Assembly (NCBI GenBank): GCA_973895155.1
Contig: OZ316891.1
Coordinates: 1,231,324-1,295,323, forward strand
Length of the DNA: 64,000 bases
Reading direction: 5' to 3'
From: Marsupella aquatica
Taxonomy: Eukaryota > Plantae > Marchantiophyta
In this document: piece after piece, positions 42,642 through 55,174 of the stretch
Numbering within the stretch: the first letter of the stretch is position 1
Layout: every line of letters begins with the position of its first letter
Made by a program: the position numbers and the translations under genes
Notes under the pieces: generated by a model
Seen by the model: the letters and a program-made list of their open reading frames with translations, nothing else
Told to the model about the DNA's origin: nothing
The model's database searches: none

Positions 42642-45600
42642 CAACTATCATGGACCACGTGAAATCCCGCACTGAAGTTCAAGGCGCACTGCTCACAAGT
42701 TGGTTTAGGGACAGAGGATCGCAATGATTGAGAATCGTATTCGAAATTTGTCTCATTTTATAGCTTTGAGTAGGAATTAGATCTTTAGATCCAATGACCG
42801 TATCGCAGTTTATGAGACGGGAAGAACCTCGGTATTTCAGAGGATTTTTTCGTCGTTTGGCCTTCTGAATTTGAGGATCGATGTCGAGCATCGTTTCAAT
42901 CTTCCCAAGTCGAGATTGTTTACATTTCAGTGAATGTATGGACCAATAGTTGCAATCAGTTTCAATTTCTGCAACATTGTAAGAAAGCTAAACAGAAGGT
43001 TTGTTTCAATTTCTGGCTTTGATTGCAATATTTGACTTGTAGTCCGTGTCTCTTAAGTGGAGATAGGTGGATTCAAATGCAAATCAGCATGAGCATTTCG
43101 TCTTAACTTTACCTTGGCTTTTTGGCGAGCCAGGGCTTCTCTCATTTGGAATCTCCAGATGATCCATTTCTTTATATGCATTCCCGCGCTGCAAATTGAG
43201 TGTCTGTGGGGTTCCATCACTGGTGTATAAGCAGTGGTGTACAGTTTAGGCTAGCATGTTTTCTTCCTACACGAAGCCTGGAAGGTACTCTACAGCCTCA
43301 GGCAACCCCTCCCGCTCCAGATCAAGCTATTACCGGTCTTACGTTGATGTATTCGCAGGCAGCTACGACAATTGCCGCCATTATGTTACTACCAATACTT
43401 AAACCGCGTATTCAAGTACGCTAGTCGCAATAGGAAACACGGTATACTCTTCTCAAGGGAATTGTCACCCAAAAGGACAGGTTAGCTTTTTGGGGTCTAC
43501 TTGTACTTGTTGCCTACCTTGCAAGTAGGCCTTCTCTGTAACCTGGACCTCCACTGCAGCTAAGCAAATTACTCTGGCTTTTTTTTTTGCGACCCACACT
43601 TAGAGTGAAATCTGTGTCCCATCCTCGCTTGCAACATTTTTAAGAGTGCGCCCATTTTGCATGCAATGTTCTAATTTAATTCATTTACCTGTCATGCGAA
43701 CTCTAGATGGTGTTAATCTGTTGTGATGCGTGATTAATGATTTGTTTTTTGTCTGCATGCATTCTAAAAACACAATATCGGATAAGGTGGACCTCATTTC
43801 AAACAGCTGTAGGTGGAAAAGTTTGAGAGTATTCAAGATTCGAGGGTTTACTTTCCGTTCCCAACTGGTAAGTATGACTGGTACTCCAGTGGACAAACCA
43901 TTGTTGGGTGGAGATAATCTAGACTACGCATCGGAAGAAAGAGTTGGAACTTTACAATTATCTGGAGCGCTACGGAACAAAACTGATTGGCGGTTCAAAC
44001 AGATGCACCTAAGAATCGGTGTGTGTGTTGTCCCATAACTTAAAAGGGTTAGAATGGGAAATTTGATCATGGCAGCACTTCGAGTCGTTTTCTGGTTCCT
44101 TTTTTAAGCTCTGACGACCTCTGAATGTGACATGAACCATCCAGGTCAGTAAAGTAAAAGAACAACAAACAGTGATTTGAACACTTTTGATTTGAAAACT
44201 CGATCGCGGACCACTTCCTCTCCTGCTGCAGCTTGAGCTACTGTTTTTTATCTAGTACACATACAGTAGCATGAACCGATTAAGGCTCGTACAACTTCTC
44301 AGCTCAGTCGGTGGTGACTAATTTTGGATAAAGCGGGAACGTGACTTTGGTTTGAAGGATAGAGCTAAATTCAGGTCGCGAATGTGGAAATTTGGAGAGG
44401 TTTCAGCTCTCAGCTCTCAGCTCTCAGCTCTAGTAGCTATTGCTGTTAAATCTTTGCAATACTTCCTACATTCAGATTTATGTCCTACCGAGGATTATGT
44501 GAAGAGAAAGACGAGCTCCGGCAGGAACAAAAACGCGGTCATTACTTTCTGGTTAACCACGTACAGTAGATAGATCAATCTTATGTGCCTGATGGCACAT
44601 AATTTTAAGGATATCCACAACGTCTTGACTGCTCCCACTCTGTCTCTCAAATTTTCTTTTCGATTCTTCCAGGATGATCGAAATAAGAATTTGCACTAGC
44701 AGAGAATGTCGAATAGGATCGCCAAATTGAGAATTTTCAAGCATAGAACGAGAGCTCATTTCTGACTGAATCAATGTAACTGACACCGTCCTAACATAAT
44801 AAGATCTAATCTTTAATATGGAATCAATCCACAATGAAGGACCCAGTAGCGCAGGCAAGCTCAGTATGTACGTCCAATTCCAAACTGCACACCTGGGCGC
44901 CATCTCGACAACAATTATGAGCCAAGGAAGGGATGAGGGGAGCTGTGTGGGAATGATAAACCATGGCAGAGACTTAGCAGTCTCTGAATTGGTTCAGCCA
45001 CGGCAGGACACCCGATAGTACTGTACAACACTGCAGAAGCACGCAGGCAGGAACAGTATTTTCACGGAGATGAACAGCGATCGTGCTGAGAGGTCGTCGT
45101 CCACTCGTCCATGAACAGGGGGTCAATTCTGAATTGTTCATTAATGATATTGCTCTCCATTCCAAATTAGAATCATGGGTTTCACATGTCACAGGATCGA
45201 CCTCTCGATAGTGCTCTTTGCTCGAGATGAATTTACTAGTTTTTCTGTCGACAGGGTTTGCTGTTTGACTCTGTCGAGAGAGTCAAACAGCATCCCAAAG
45301 TCAAACCGAAGGTCCGTAAAATTCTAGTTCTTACATTTGCAGATGGTGTTCTGAAAATAAGCTCCCGACTGTAGATCTAACATGATTGAATGAGCCATAG
45401 AGGCGCTAGACTTTGAGAGATAATGAATGTGTTCGTTTCATTCTCTCAAGTTGGTCTCTCTTCATAGCTGCGTCCTTTTCTCCATGGCTGTCCAAGACGG
45501 ACTTCCCAAAAGTTCCGTCGGTCTGCAAGGATTGATTCAGAGAGCACGAATATGGGCGATTGCGACTCAAGTTCAAGAGGCAATAGTTTGCAGCTGGGTC

Positions 45601-46008
45601 CTACATTCATCAAACTTGGCCAACACTCATCAACATGATCAGAACACGCCTCCCTGCCGAATATGTGGAACTGCTGCAGTTTCGCATTCAGCAAGCTCCC
45701 GTATTTGTATGGCTAACCTGAAACAATGTCGTGTCTACTGTTAGTTTATACAGATTGTGTGACGCACGTAGAGTCAACCTTCATTCACCTAATGTCGTAG
45801 CACACAATTGAGTTCCAGCGTTTTCAGCTCTTAAAAATCGATTGCCTTGGTATAGAAACTGACGACTCGGGACGCAGTTACTGTCCCGCACACGAACAAA
45901 TTGGTGCTCCTCAAACCACGTGGTACTTGTATAGAACTGGAGTGTGCATTTGTACTAGATCCACGAGTAACCTTGGATACCACCACTCTTCCTTCGTCCA
46001 AGACATAC

Positions 46009-49000
46009 ATGACGACACCAGACCTCGATGAATGGTACAAAGCACTATGGATGGAAAACTGTATGACGGTCATGGAACTTTTGGAGGAGGATTCCCGGCT
46101 CCTGACGATGGGATGGAAGGACGACCCTTCTAGGTTTGCCTCGGGAGAATTGTGGGATCCGTCGTCGAATCGGGAGAAACCAGACGAGGATAGCAAATGG
46201 AGGGGGAGAACGGCACTTCACGTGGGTGCAAGGAGAGGATGCGTGGATCTTATCAAGCAAGTGCTACTCTTATGTGATTTGAATGAAGTGAAGAATTATC
46301 ACATCGTGGATGAACAAAGCCAACCTGATAACATATCGGCGACTTGTCAGTCACATGGCGATCAACAGGGTGTTGCTTTTTCTAGGAAGGACGTCACGGA
46401 ACTAGTGTCTGCCCAGCATGGGTTGTACAAATTAGATGCTCTGGGGATGGCAGCTCTTCATTGCAATATGGATATCATTGTTCTCCTCATCTATGCCTAC
46501 TCACAGTGTGACAACCCACCACCTCTGTTTCATCGTAATAAGAGGCGGCCTGTTATCCTGCCGGTTACTACTCTCTCTCCCAAAGTTGCGGATGATAAGG
46601 ACCGGGCCTACAACGAAAACAGAGCTCTGTTAAGAAAGGTGACACGGCAGTTCATTGATAGCTTGAATGATGAAACTAGAAGAAAATACTTCGAGGAGTA
46701 CTCTAATGACCTCGATTTTAACTTCCTTCACTTGGAGGAATATCTCTTTCATTTTTGTTGGAGCTCTGAACAATATAATGCGGTCGGGTTGGATTTGTGG
46801 AAGAAGATACAGTCCTCTGACGGTTTACTTTGGCGCTTTTTGTTGGAGCTCCACGATGGCCAAGGAAGAACTCCCTTCCACGTCGCTGTAGATGCGGGGA
46901 AAGCTGATCAGTTTGTGAAGTTATTCCCAGATGAGGCGGGGAACAGCGAGATGGTGATTTGCGCCCTGACGGCACGCGACTCAGCTGGAAGGACGCCTAC
47001 ACACAGGGCGGCTGTTATGGTGTCTGAGAGAGGTCTGGGAGCGCTTCGTGTCATCATAAGTGACTACTCTTGGGAATCCAACGAAATTTCTGCTACATGC
47101 TACGCGACATGGCGGCATCCGTGTGGCGACTATGTGTTTAACATCCTAGAAACCTTGGATGCCTTCTTCCAATATGCGCAGCGCTGGAGGAGCGGAGACT
47201 GCGGTTTTTGGGATTTGATTCCCGGGACACTTTCATATCTGTCGAAGCTGAATGGTTTGCGGGGAACGTCGCAAGGTTACAATCCTCTCCACGGAGCGGT
47301 CATACACAGGAATTACGAAAGTGCGAAGGTATTGATGGGTACATCATTTGCTGATCTCAGCTCGAACAATTTCTGCTACTTTCACGAGCGCACATCAGGG
47401 TTCAGTGACGATTTGGGACACTTCGCCAATTTATCTGCAGATGTGATCGAGTGGGGCTTGATTGAGTTTGCGTGTCTTGTGAGGGCGGATATTGACTTTG
47501 TACGGTTTCTCCTCGAGGTATGTTATACAAATACTAGGATGTCCAAAATTTGTAAGTCCAGTATTCAATGGGTTTCAAAATTCTTGGAATGGATCTACGG
47601 TAGTCAAAGTCTCCATGTGACTTTGGTCAGTTGGCTGGGGGATTAGCTTGGAAGTGAAAGGTCTCACACTTGGGTATGGAGGGTGTAAGTCATTGTTTTT
47701 TTTAGGGGCGAAAATTTGCTAGATTCCACCTCCCCAAAAATCCTTCGCCACTTTTGGCTGAAATTAGCTACTTTTTTGCTGTCTCATCAGCCAGTGTTCC
47801 ACCTAATCCCAGGCCCCATTAGCCAGAATCTAATGGTCCGCCTTAAATCTAGGGAGATCTGACGGTCAGGAAAATAATTGAATACAGAATCTTTTGAGCA
47901 TCTTCTCCTTGACACACTTTACATTCGCCACCTTGGCGAAAAAGTGAAATCCTTAAAAAATACACTGGTGTAGGTGTGTGGGTGGGATGAATGGGAGTTC
48001 TGATTATCTCATCGGCCCCTGGTTGCCACTTTTATGGCCCTGGTTTAATCGTCTCTCCCTCCTGGTGCGGGTTCCTCTGGGATCTGTGGGGGTTCACCCT
48101 GAAATGGGTTCCCTACAAAAAATGTATGTCACTACTGGGGTGGGGAGAGTCTAGTAAGTGTTCTTCCTGATTTCCTTTCAAGACAAAAAAAAGAGAGTCT
48201 CAATAGATCTGGGACCCTTGTGTGCTAGGTGTACTCTCAAGCTCTACTAAGCTTTTCAGTTTGGTGCTCACTAGGGCTTTACATCTTTAACGGTTGCGAG
48301 ACTCTTGGGCGTTTTAGCTCTTTTGGTTTTCTTTAGTTTTTCCCTTGTTTTCTCTTCTTCATTGAGTCTCTTATCTTTGGGATCCTGTCTCTGGCTCTTT
48401 AGTTTTTCTCTTGTTTTCTCCCCTTTATTGGGTTTCATGCCTCTTTGCTTCTTTTCGTCTTGCTTGCGTTTCCCTTGTTTATTCCCCTTTATTGGGTTTC
48501 ATGCCTCTCCGTTTCTTTGGTCTTCCTTGGCTTTTCCTTGTTTTTCTCCCCTTTAGTGGCTCTCCTGCCCTTGGGGATAGTATCTTTGACTTGTTGGTCT
48601 TTCTTGGTTTTTTCTGTATTTATCCCCCTTGTTTGGTCTCCTACCTTCAGAGTTTTGTACTTGGGTACTCTTCAAAGTAGCTAATTTGTGTCTACAATGA
48701 TTGATGTTGAAAATAAACAGATTTTGGGGGTTCAAGGGATATACACTTATAACATTTACGTTTTGTATTTTCTCCCTGGTCAAGGGAATAAATAAGAAAA
48801 ATCTCACACTATGTAAAAAATTGTTGAACCCGTTTCCTAATTTTCAGTGTTTTGAGTATTTGGCAGAAGTACCTACCACTGTTACCACTATTTAAGCAGA
48901 TGGACAATAGGGGTGGTCAAGAAGATTTATCGTGGGCTGGTCTCCCAGAGAAAGTGGTGGTGAAGAGAAACCTGTGGCAAGCCATTCATCTAATTTCATC

Positions 49001-49898
49001 CTTTGGAAATTATGAAATGATGGAACTATTTATAGACTATGTGAGAACGGATCCCTTTGTTGAAGACTTTGAAGGGAACACCACGCTCCACCATGCTATG
49101 AAGGTGAGAAAGTTTGAATTTGGAATTCATTTACTGGATATTTTCCCACATTTTCAAGGATTTGACCTTCGAAGATTTCACTTCACATCAAAGGCAGAGG
49201 AAGAGATCTTAGGAGATGACTTATTTCGAGAAAGGCAGGAATGTATCATTCTACTTTGGCAGTGTGGATGCGAGATTTTGCAAACAAACCACAAGGGGCA
49301 AGTTCCATATCCCCAAGGAGACTTGAAAAAGTCTAAATTCTTGTCCTGGTGGCGGGGAATACAAGAGAAGGAGTTTCTAGCAGCCCAAAACAAGATGAAT
49401 TTTGACTCAAATGCAATTACAGTCACTGCTGCACTGGTTGCAACAGCCTCGTATGTGGGCCCTCTACAACCGCCAATGGGCTACGCAGGGGACCCCAATC
49501 AAATTCATGACAATAATGTCTGGGTGGTCCTTTTCATTGTATGTGATACAATATCCTTCTACTTGGCTATTGCTTCAATTATACTGTCATTGATCCTATG
49601 TGTTCCGAGGCATCAACAATCCATAATGGACGACCTCTTACGAACTCGAAGGATGTTGACATACGCTATTGGGCTTCTATTTCCATCCGTTCTTTTTGTG
49701 TTTGTAGCCTTTGGCTGTAGTTCTCTTGCAGTGATTAGTACAAGTATCACATCATCAGCGGCTGGAGGTCTAACTGTAGCTACGACTTGTGTTGGAGGAC
49801 TTCTCTGTCTTTTCACCGTCTTTGTGATCTCTGTGAAACTCCTTGCTTTCGTATTTCCTGGAAACAGGTGGATTAGGTTTGTCTACAACTACTTTTAG
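46009..49898 (+). CDS. ankyrin-repeat protein with C-terminal PGG/transmembrane domain (ACD6/ITN1-like ANK-TM class)
   Basis: Exon 1 is 46009-47517 (GRTALHVGA, GRTPFHVAV, GRTPTHRAA, GYNPLHGAV). Exon 2 runs from 48867 or 48900 to 49898 (GNTTLHHAM, NAITVTAALVATASYVGPLQPPMG, then hydrophobic helices). The intron is phase 0 and GT-AG. Confidence 0.88.
47691..47967. mobile_element. hAT-type non-autonomous MITE, 277 bp (copy 2, intronic)
   Basis: Same length as, and near-identical to, 28973-29249. TIRs CATTGTTTTTTTTA / TAAAAAATACACTG. 8-bp TSD GTGTAAGT / GTGTAGGT. Confidence 0.9.
48300..48660. repeat. C/T-rich degenerate tandem repeat in the ANK-PGG intron
   Basis: CTTGTTT.(T)TCCCCTTTATTGGGTTTCATGCCTCT recurs at ~48410 and ~48474, with further partial units. 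Confidence 0.65.
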
Positions 49899-52279
49899 TA
49901 ATTGGGAAGAAGAGTGTTGAATTGTCTAACAGGTCACGCATCGTAAGATAGTAGACGATGTCAGGATTATATTAATTTGGAGCCCCCTTATGTCTGCATT
50001 GTTGTAGTAGTCATGAGGCGGCATCAGTTCTTGTGTAATTGTACTGGCCAGCTTAAAACTGACCGGCATGCAGCTCATCACTTTATAAAATGGCACACCA
50101 CTTCAAATCATATGTGAGCTTAATTTTATTAGAGGTTTGAGCTAGCTTTGGTGAACGTTGTGAATTTGTCGTTGTCTTCGGTTGATGAGATGAGTTTTTC
50201 TTGGCTACATGTGACTCTCGGCTCGACTCCCTCCTAGTGGTTGAGGTCTACTCTGGGAGTGTTCTGAGCCTAGTTATTGCAATCCTTGGATGGTTTCCAA
50301 GAAGTCTCTACAGCAGTGCCAGACTCGAGAGGTAGAGCGCAGTTTCAGCGAGCCTATCTCCTTCCGTGCCTGTATGTGTATGTTATTTTAGTTCAGGCAC
50401 AGAAAATGTCAAGATGTTTTTCAGATTTTCATATGTTTAATGCTATGGGTCTTTGGATTTGGGCATAGTGTTCCCCACTTTCGCTGCAATCCTTTGCTGC
50501 TCGACTGTAAGGCATTGGAAAGGGAGGGACCTCCAATTTCTCTTGGGATTATCATTCCTGGTTGACTAACCTGAGATTGCTGCCGCGTCTGGTTTGTTTC
50601 TGCCGGTCAATATCAAGCAATTTTCTTCTTGAGAGTCACATCTACACCGTAAAGAAAATGGAAAATCAAGTTTTGGACATAATTGTTTGTATATTCGCCC
50701 ATGTTGTTGCTTGGCTGCATCGACCACCACTTGAGTTAGATCTGCCTCTTGCTTTTAGAAGCTTCGGCGGAAGAGTGTTGGATGTATTGTGTGGGAGGTC
50801 ACACATCCTCAGATTGCAGATGATGGCAGGATTCCGCGACCATATGAATTTGGAGCCCGAGTGTTGTTCATTGAATTGTATCATTTCTTGTATAATCGGA
50901 TGGCCAGTTCAAACTGATCGATGTCCTTGTAAGAACGGCAATCGACGCTTTTGTCTCTTTCTGTCACTGATTCAACTTGTAGTCCCCTGTCGCTAAATGG
51001 AGATAGATGGACTCAAGTGCAAATGAAGACGACGATTTCTTAATAACTTTACCTTGATTTTTGGCGAGCTTGTTTGAGCCTAGCACTGTTTCTTCCTACC
51101 GGACGCCTGGAAGGTACTCTACAGCTTCAGGCAACCCTTCGTCTCCAAGTCAAGCCATGAGCCATGGTAATTCACTTAAGGTGAGACTTGTTAAGACTCA
51201 TAGGTCTAGAGTTAAAATATTATGGCTAACTATTCTCTTTCCATGGAGTTTCATAGATTTCCCCTTAATATATCGACCAAATTTGAGCCGGATGAGGGAA
51301 ACCATGGGGTTTCATAGATTTCCCCTTAATATATCGACCAAAGATGAGCAGAAATTTGAGCCAGACAAGGGAAAGAGGCGCCTGCCCCTACACCTTCCCC
51401 AAACCCTTACACCTGTTTTGTTTTATTGTTTCTTTGTAAACCAAAGAGGTGCCTCACCTACTCCCTCACCAAACCCTTACACCTCTTTAAAAAAAAAAAT
51501 TATGTAAATGATATCTGGCCTCTATCCCCTCTATATATGGGAGGTATAAGAATAAAACCTGGTATGTCAAAATCTATACCTGCCAGGCGTATAGGGGTGG
51601 GTATAGAAAAAGCCAATACCAGCAAGGCTGAGTATTGCAATTATACCAGACCTTTAATTACCAAGCAGAAATACTTTGCTGCACTAGTAGACCCGCCCAA
51701 TACTGGTATAAACCAGACCTTCTAAAGAAAATCAGATCACCATGAGTGGCGTTAGACAGGCACAATAAGTAAGCAAGATCCAAAGACCTGTTGTTGCAAT
51801 TAGTATTTGCTCTTGTTTGTAGTGTCTTGGGAAAAAAATCTGACTTTGGCCAGCTTTTGGTACAAATGCAAGTTTAGATGATCTCTAAAGGGGTGAAATA
51901 ATAAATGAAAAGTATGGTTTATTTTTCAGGTAAACGGGTATGGAATGAATAGCAAGGGTATTTTCATTCCAAGCTTGTTTCATCTTTACTTCAAGACAAC
52001 ATCCAGAAGAAGTTTGATTTAAAAAAATAACAACTCTAATATGATGTTACATGGTTTCTCTATATAGACATGTAGGAACTTTCATGGAATGTTCTCAGCC
52101 TGGGTATTGCAATCCTTGGATTGTTTACATGGTTTCCAAGAGGCTCTACAGCAGATCCTGAATGATGAGGGAGGACACTGCTAAGGGGTAGGTTCCATGG
52201 GCAGGGGAAGGGCATAAGAGCCCTCCCTCTGACACCCCCTGGGCCCCAAATGAGCTCTTCCATTCTCTTTGGTCTCCTG

Positions 52280-53780
52280 CTTCCCTATTCTTTGACAGAA
52301 TCCTGAGTAGTTAAAGTGGAGCTGACACACCCGCAATTGGCCACATTAAAGGACAATTCTTCTGTCTCCTACTTCCCCATTCTTTGTTAGAATCCCAAGT
52401 AGTTCAAGTGAACTGACACACCCTCAATTGGCCACATTAAGGACGACTCTTCTGTCTCCTACTTCCCCATTCTGTGTTAGAATCTTGAGTAGTTCAAGTG
52501 AACTGACACACCCTCAATTGGCCACATTAAGGACAACTCTTCTGTCTCCTACTTCCCCATTCTGTGTTAGAATCACGAGTAGTTCAAGTGAGCTGACACA
52601 CCCTCAATTGGCCACATTAAGGACAACTCTTCTGTCTCCTACTTCCCCATTGTCTGTCAGAATCCTGAGAAGATCAAGTGAGTTGAGGCACCCTCATTTG
52701 GCCACATTAAGCACAAACCTTCTGTCCCCTGCTTCCCCATTCTTTGTTAGAATATTGAGTAGTTCCAGTGAGTTGCGGTACCCTCATTTGGCCACATTAA
52801 GGACAACTCTTCTGTCTAATACTTCCCCCATTCTCTGTCAGAATCCCGAGTAGTTCAAGTGAGTTGAGGCACCCCACATTAAGCAGAAGTCTTCTGTTTC
52901 CTACTTCCCCATTCTTTGTTAGAATCCTGAGCAGTTCAAGTGAGCTTATTTAGGGTGAAAAAGCCCTCATTTGGCCACATTAAGCACAGGTCTTCTGTCT
53001 CCTATTTCCCCATTCTTTGTTAGAATCCTGAGCAGTTCAAGTGAGCTTTTTCACCCTCATTTGGCCACATTAAGCTCACGTCTTCTGTTTCATACTTCCC
53101 CATTCTTTGTTGGAATCCTGAGCAGTTCAAGTGAGCTTTTTCACCCTCATTTGGCCACATTAAGCTCCTACTTCCCCATTCTTTGTTAGAATCCTGAGCA
53201 GTTCAAGTGAGCTTTTTCACCCTCATATGGCGACATTAAGCACAAGTCTTCTGTCTCCTATTTCCCATTCTTTGTAAGAATCCTGAGTAGTTCAAGGAGT
53301 TGACTCACCCTCATTTGGACACCTTAAGGGCCGTCTTGCATGTACAAGGTCTTTTGGTTTCCGGCCCTGAAATGAACCCGTGGCCTTTTTTTAATCAAGC
53401 GACAGTTCGGCAGTCTTGACGCCATCTTTGGTGGAGTTGCAAGGGCAAGGGCCGGAAAATTTCCGGCCCTTGAGGTCCCCAACCTTCAAATCATAATAAA
53501 ACAAAATGGTAGACATAACACGTCGTCTTCGACCCAGACTTCTGGACGTTTTTCCCGTGTATCTGCTCCCCACTCCTGGTAGATTTGGTTTGCACTTTTT
53601 CCGACATTTGTGGGCTGGTAAGGGCCACTTTTTTGAGGACTCTTGCACATGCAAGACAGCCCTAAGGGTACTCTTCAGTCTCCTACTGAACTTCCCCATT
53701 CGTTGTTAGAATCCTGAGTAGTTCAAGTGAGTTGACTCATAACTTCGGACAACTCTTTTGTCTCTCCATACTTCCCCATC
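52280..53780. repeat. 90-bp minisatellite (~12 units), interrupted by a MITE
   Basis: Unit: CCTACTTCCCCATTCTTTGTTAGAATCCTGAGTAGTTCAAGTGAGCTGACACACCCTCAATTGGCCACATTAAGGACAACTCTTCTGTCT. Period 90 bp (52411, 52501, 52591). The array resumes after 53665. Confidence 0.95.
53328..53662. mobile_element. Tourist/PIF-Harbinger-type MITE, 335 bp
   Basis: TIRs GGGCCGTCTTGCATGTACAAG / CTTGCACATGCAAGACAGCCC (19/21). TAA TSD at 53325-53327 and 53663-53665, corresponding to the TAA of a satellite unit. Confidence 0.9.
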
Positions 53781-54143
53781 GCTTGAGACTTTGACAATTA
53801 CAACCTACAGTTTCAGTTCCTTTCTTAGCTCACAATATGACTTTCGTCTGACTGACTTGCCCCTCCAAATGAGACCATCCACTCTGCCGAACGTCTCATT
53901 ATTGATTCACAGTTCTTTCGTTCCTTCGTTTGTATTTTCTTTCCCTGCGGGCAGATGTCTGTATCCTTCCTTGGCCCAATTGGAGATCCGTGGGCTTTAA
54001 GATGTCTTTAGCTCTCGTCCTATATCTCTTTTTGTTGCCGAATTAGCACTCTTTGCTCTGTTTCCTTTGCCCCAATTCGGAATCCGTGGGCTTCGAAATT
54101 CGTTCATCCATTCTCTCTCCGTCTGCCTGTGAATTGCGCAATC

Positions 54144-55166
54144 ATGGCGTTACCATTGCCCTCGCTACTACTGTCTCCAGCGGCAAATGTAGGCATAATT
54201 CTGGTTTCATTGCTATGCATCATTGTCACGAGCAAGCTGATTAAATGGCTTCGGGCTCTAGAGGCTGGCACGAGAGCTGTGGACAGGATGCCGCCTCTGG
54301 AAGATCCGTCCTCATTGGAAGCCCTAGAATTCCCGTCAATTTTTGGACCCGCGGGGAAGTACATCTCGCTGATAATGCCCGCTTACAACGAGGAGGCCAG
54401 GCTGCCAGGTACGCTGGACGAGACGCTGAGTTATCTGCAGGATCGTGCGAGGAAAGATCCAACGTTCAGTTATGAGATCATAGTTGTTGATGATGGAAGC
54501 ACCGACGACACAGTCAAGGTGGCATTCGAGTATGTGAAGAGAGTCAAGCTGGATGTGCTGAGAGTCATTAAGCTTGGTTCTAATCATGGGAAAGGGGCGG
54601 CTGTGAGGAAGGGAATGCTCTGTTCACGGGGCCAGCTGCTTCTCATGCTTGATGCCGACGGAGCAACGAAGATAACTGATCTTGAAAAACTGGAGAATGA
54701 GACAAAGCGTATGATAGGGGCCAATTCAACAACACCTTCACCGGAAAGGTTGGGTCAAGTGTCCGTGACGGCATTTGGATCACGTGCTTATCTAGAGAAG
54801 CAAGCTCTGGCCACCCGGAAATGGTACCGCAACGTGCTCATGAAGGGTTTCCATCTTTTCGTGCTCTTGGTGGCCGGGCCTGGAGTTAAAGACACACAAT
54901 GTGGATTCAAGCTGTTCACGCGCTCTGCTGCTCGTCAGCTTTTCCTGAATTTGCGTCTCGAAAGGTTTTCTTTCGATGTGGAGCTGGTTTATCTGTGTAA
55001 AAGGTTGCACATTCCGATTCTGGAGGTTGCAGTGACTTGGACTGAAATCCCGGGATCCAAAGTCCGACCTTCAAGTATGGTTCATATGGCGTTGGAGCTT
55101 GTTCTCGTTCGTCTGGGCTATGGTCTCCACTTTTGGAAAATTCATCGAAGGTCAGCAGAGGACTGA
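54144..55166 (+). CDS. ALG5: dolichyl-phosphate beta-glucosyltransferase (GT2), intronless
   Basis: Single 340-aa ORF with an N-terminal TM helix and motifs ISLIMPAYNEEARL, YEIIVVDDGSTDDT, NHGKGAAVRKGM, LLMLDADGAT, FGSRAYL, DTQCGFKLF, FDVELV and WTEIPGSK. Confidence 0.95.
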   Translation: MALPLPSLLLSPAANVGIILVSLLCIIVTSKLIKWLRALEAGTRAVDRMPPLEDPSSLEALEFPSIFGPAGKYISLIMPAYNEEARLPGTLDETLSYLQDRARKDPTFSYEIIVVDDGSTDDTVKVAFEYVKRVKLDVLRVIKLGSNHGKGAAVRKGMLCSRGQLLLMLDADGATKITDLEKLENETKRMIGANSTTPSPERLGQVSVTAFGSRAYLEKQALATRKWYRNVLMKGFHLFVLLVAGPGVKDTQCGFKLFTRSAARQLFLNLRLERFSFDVELVYLCKRLHIPILEVAVTWTEIPGSKVRPSSMVHMALELVLVRLGYGLHFWKIHRRSAED

Positions 55167-55174
55167 TATCTGGA

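Noticed and set aside
44402-44431. (TCAGCTC)4, and similarly (GCGGAT)n at ~16660
   Set aside because: Ordinary short simple repeats.
52428-53189. ORFs with 30-aa LRR-looking repeats
   Set aside because: They are translations of a 90-bp minisatellite with frameshifts and non-ATG starts.
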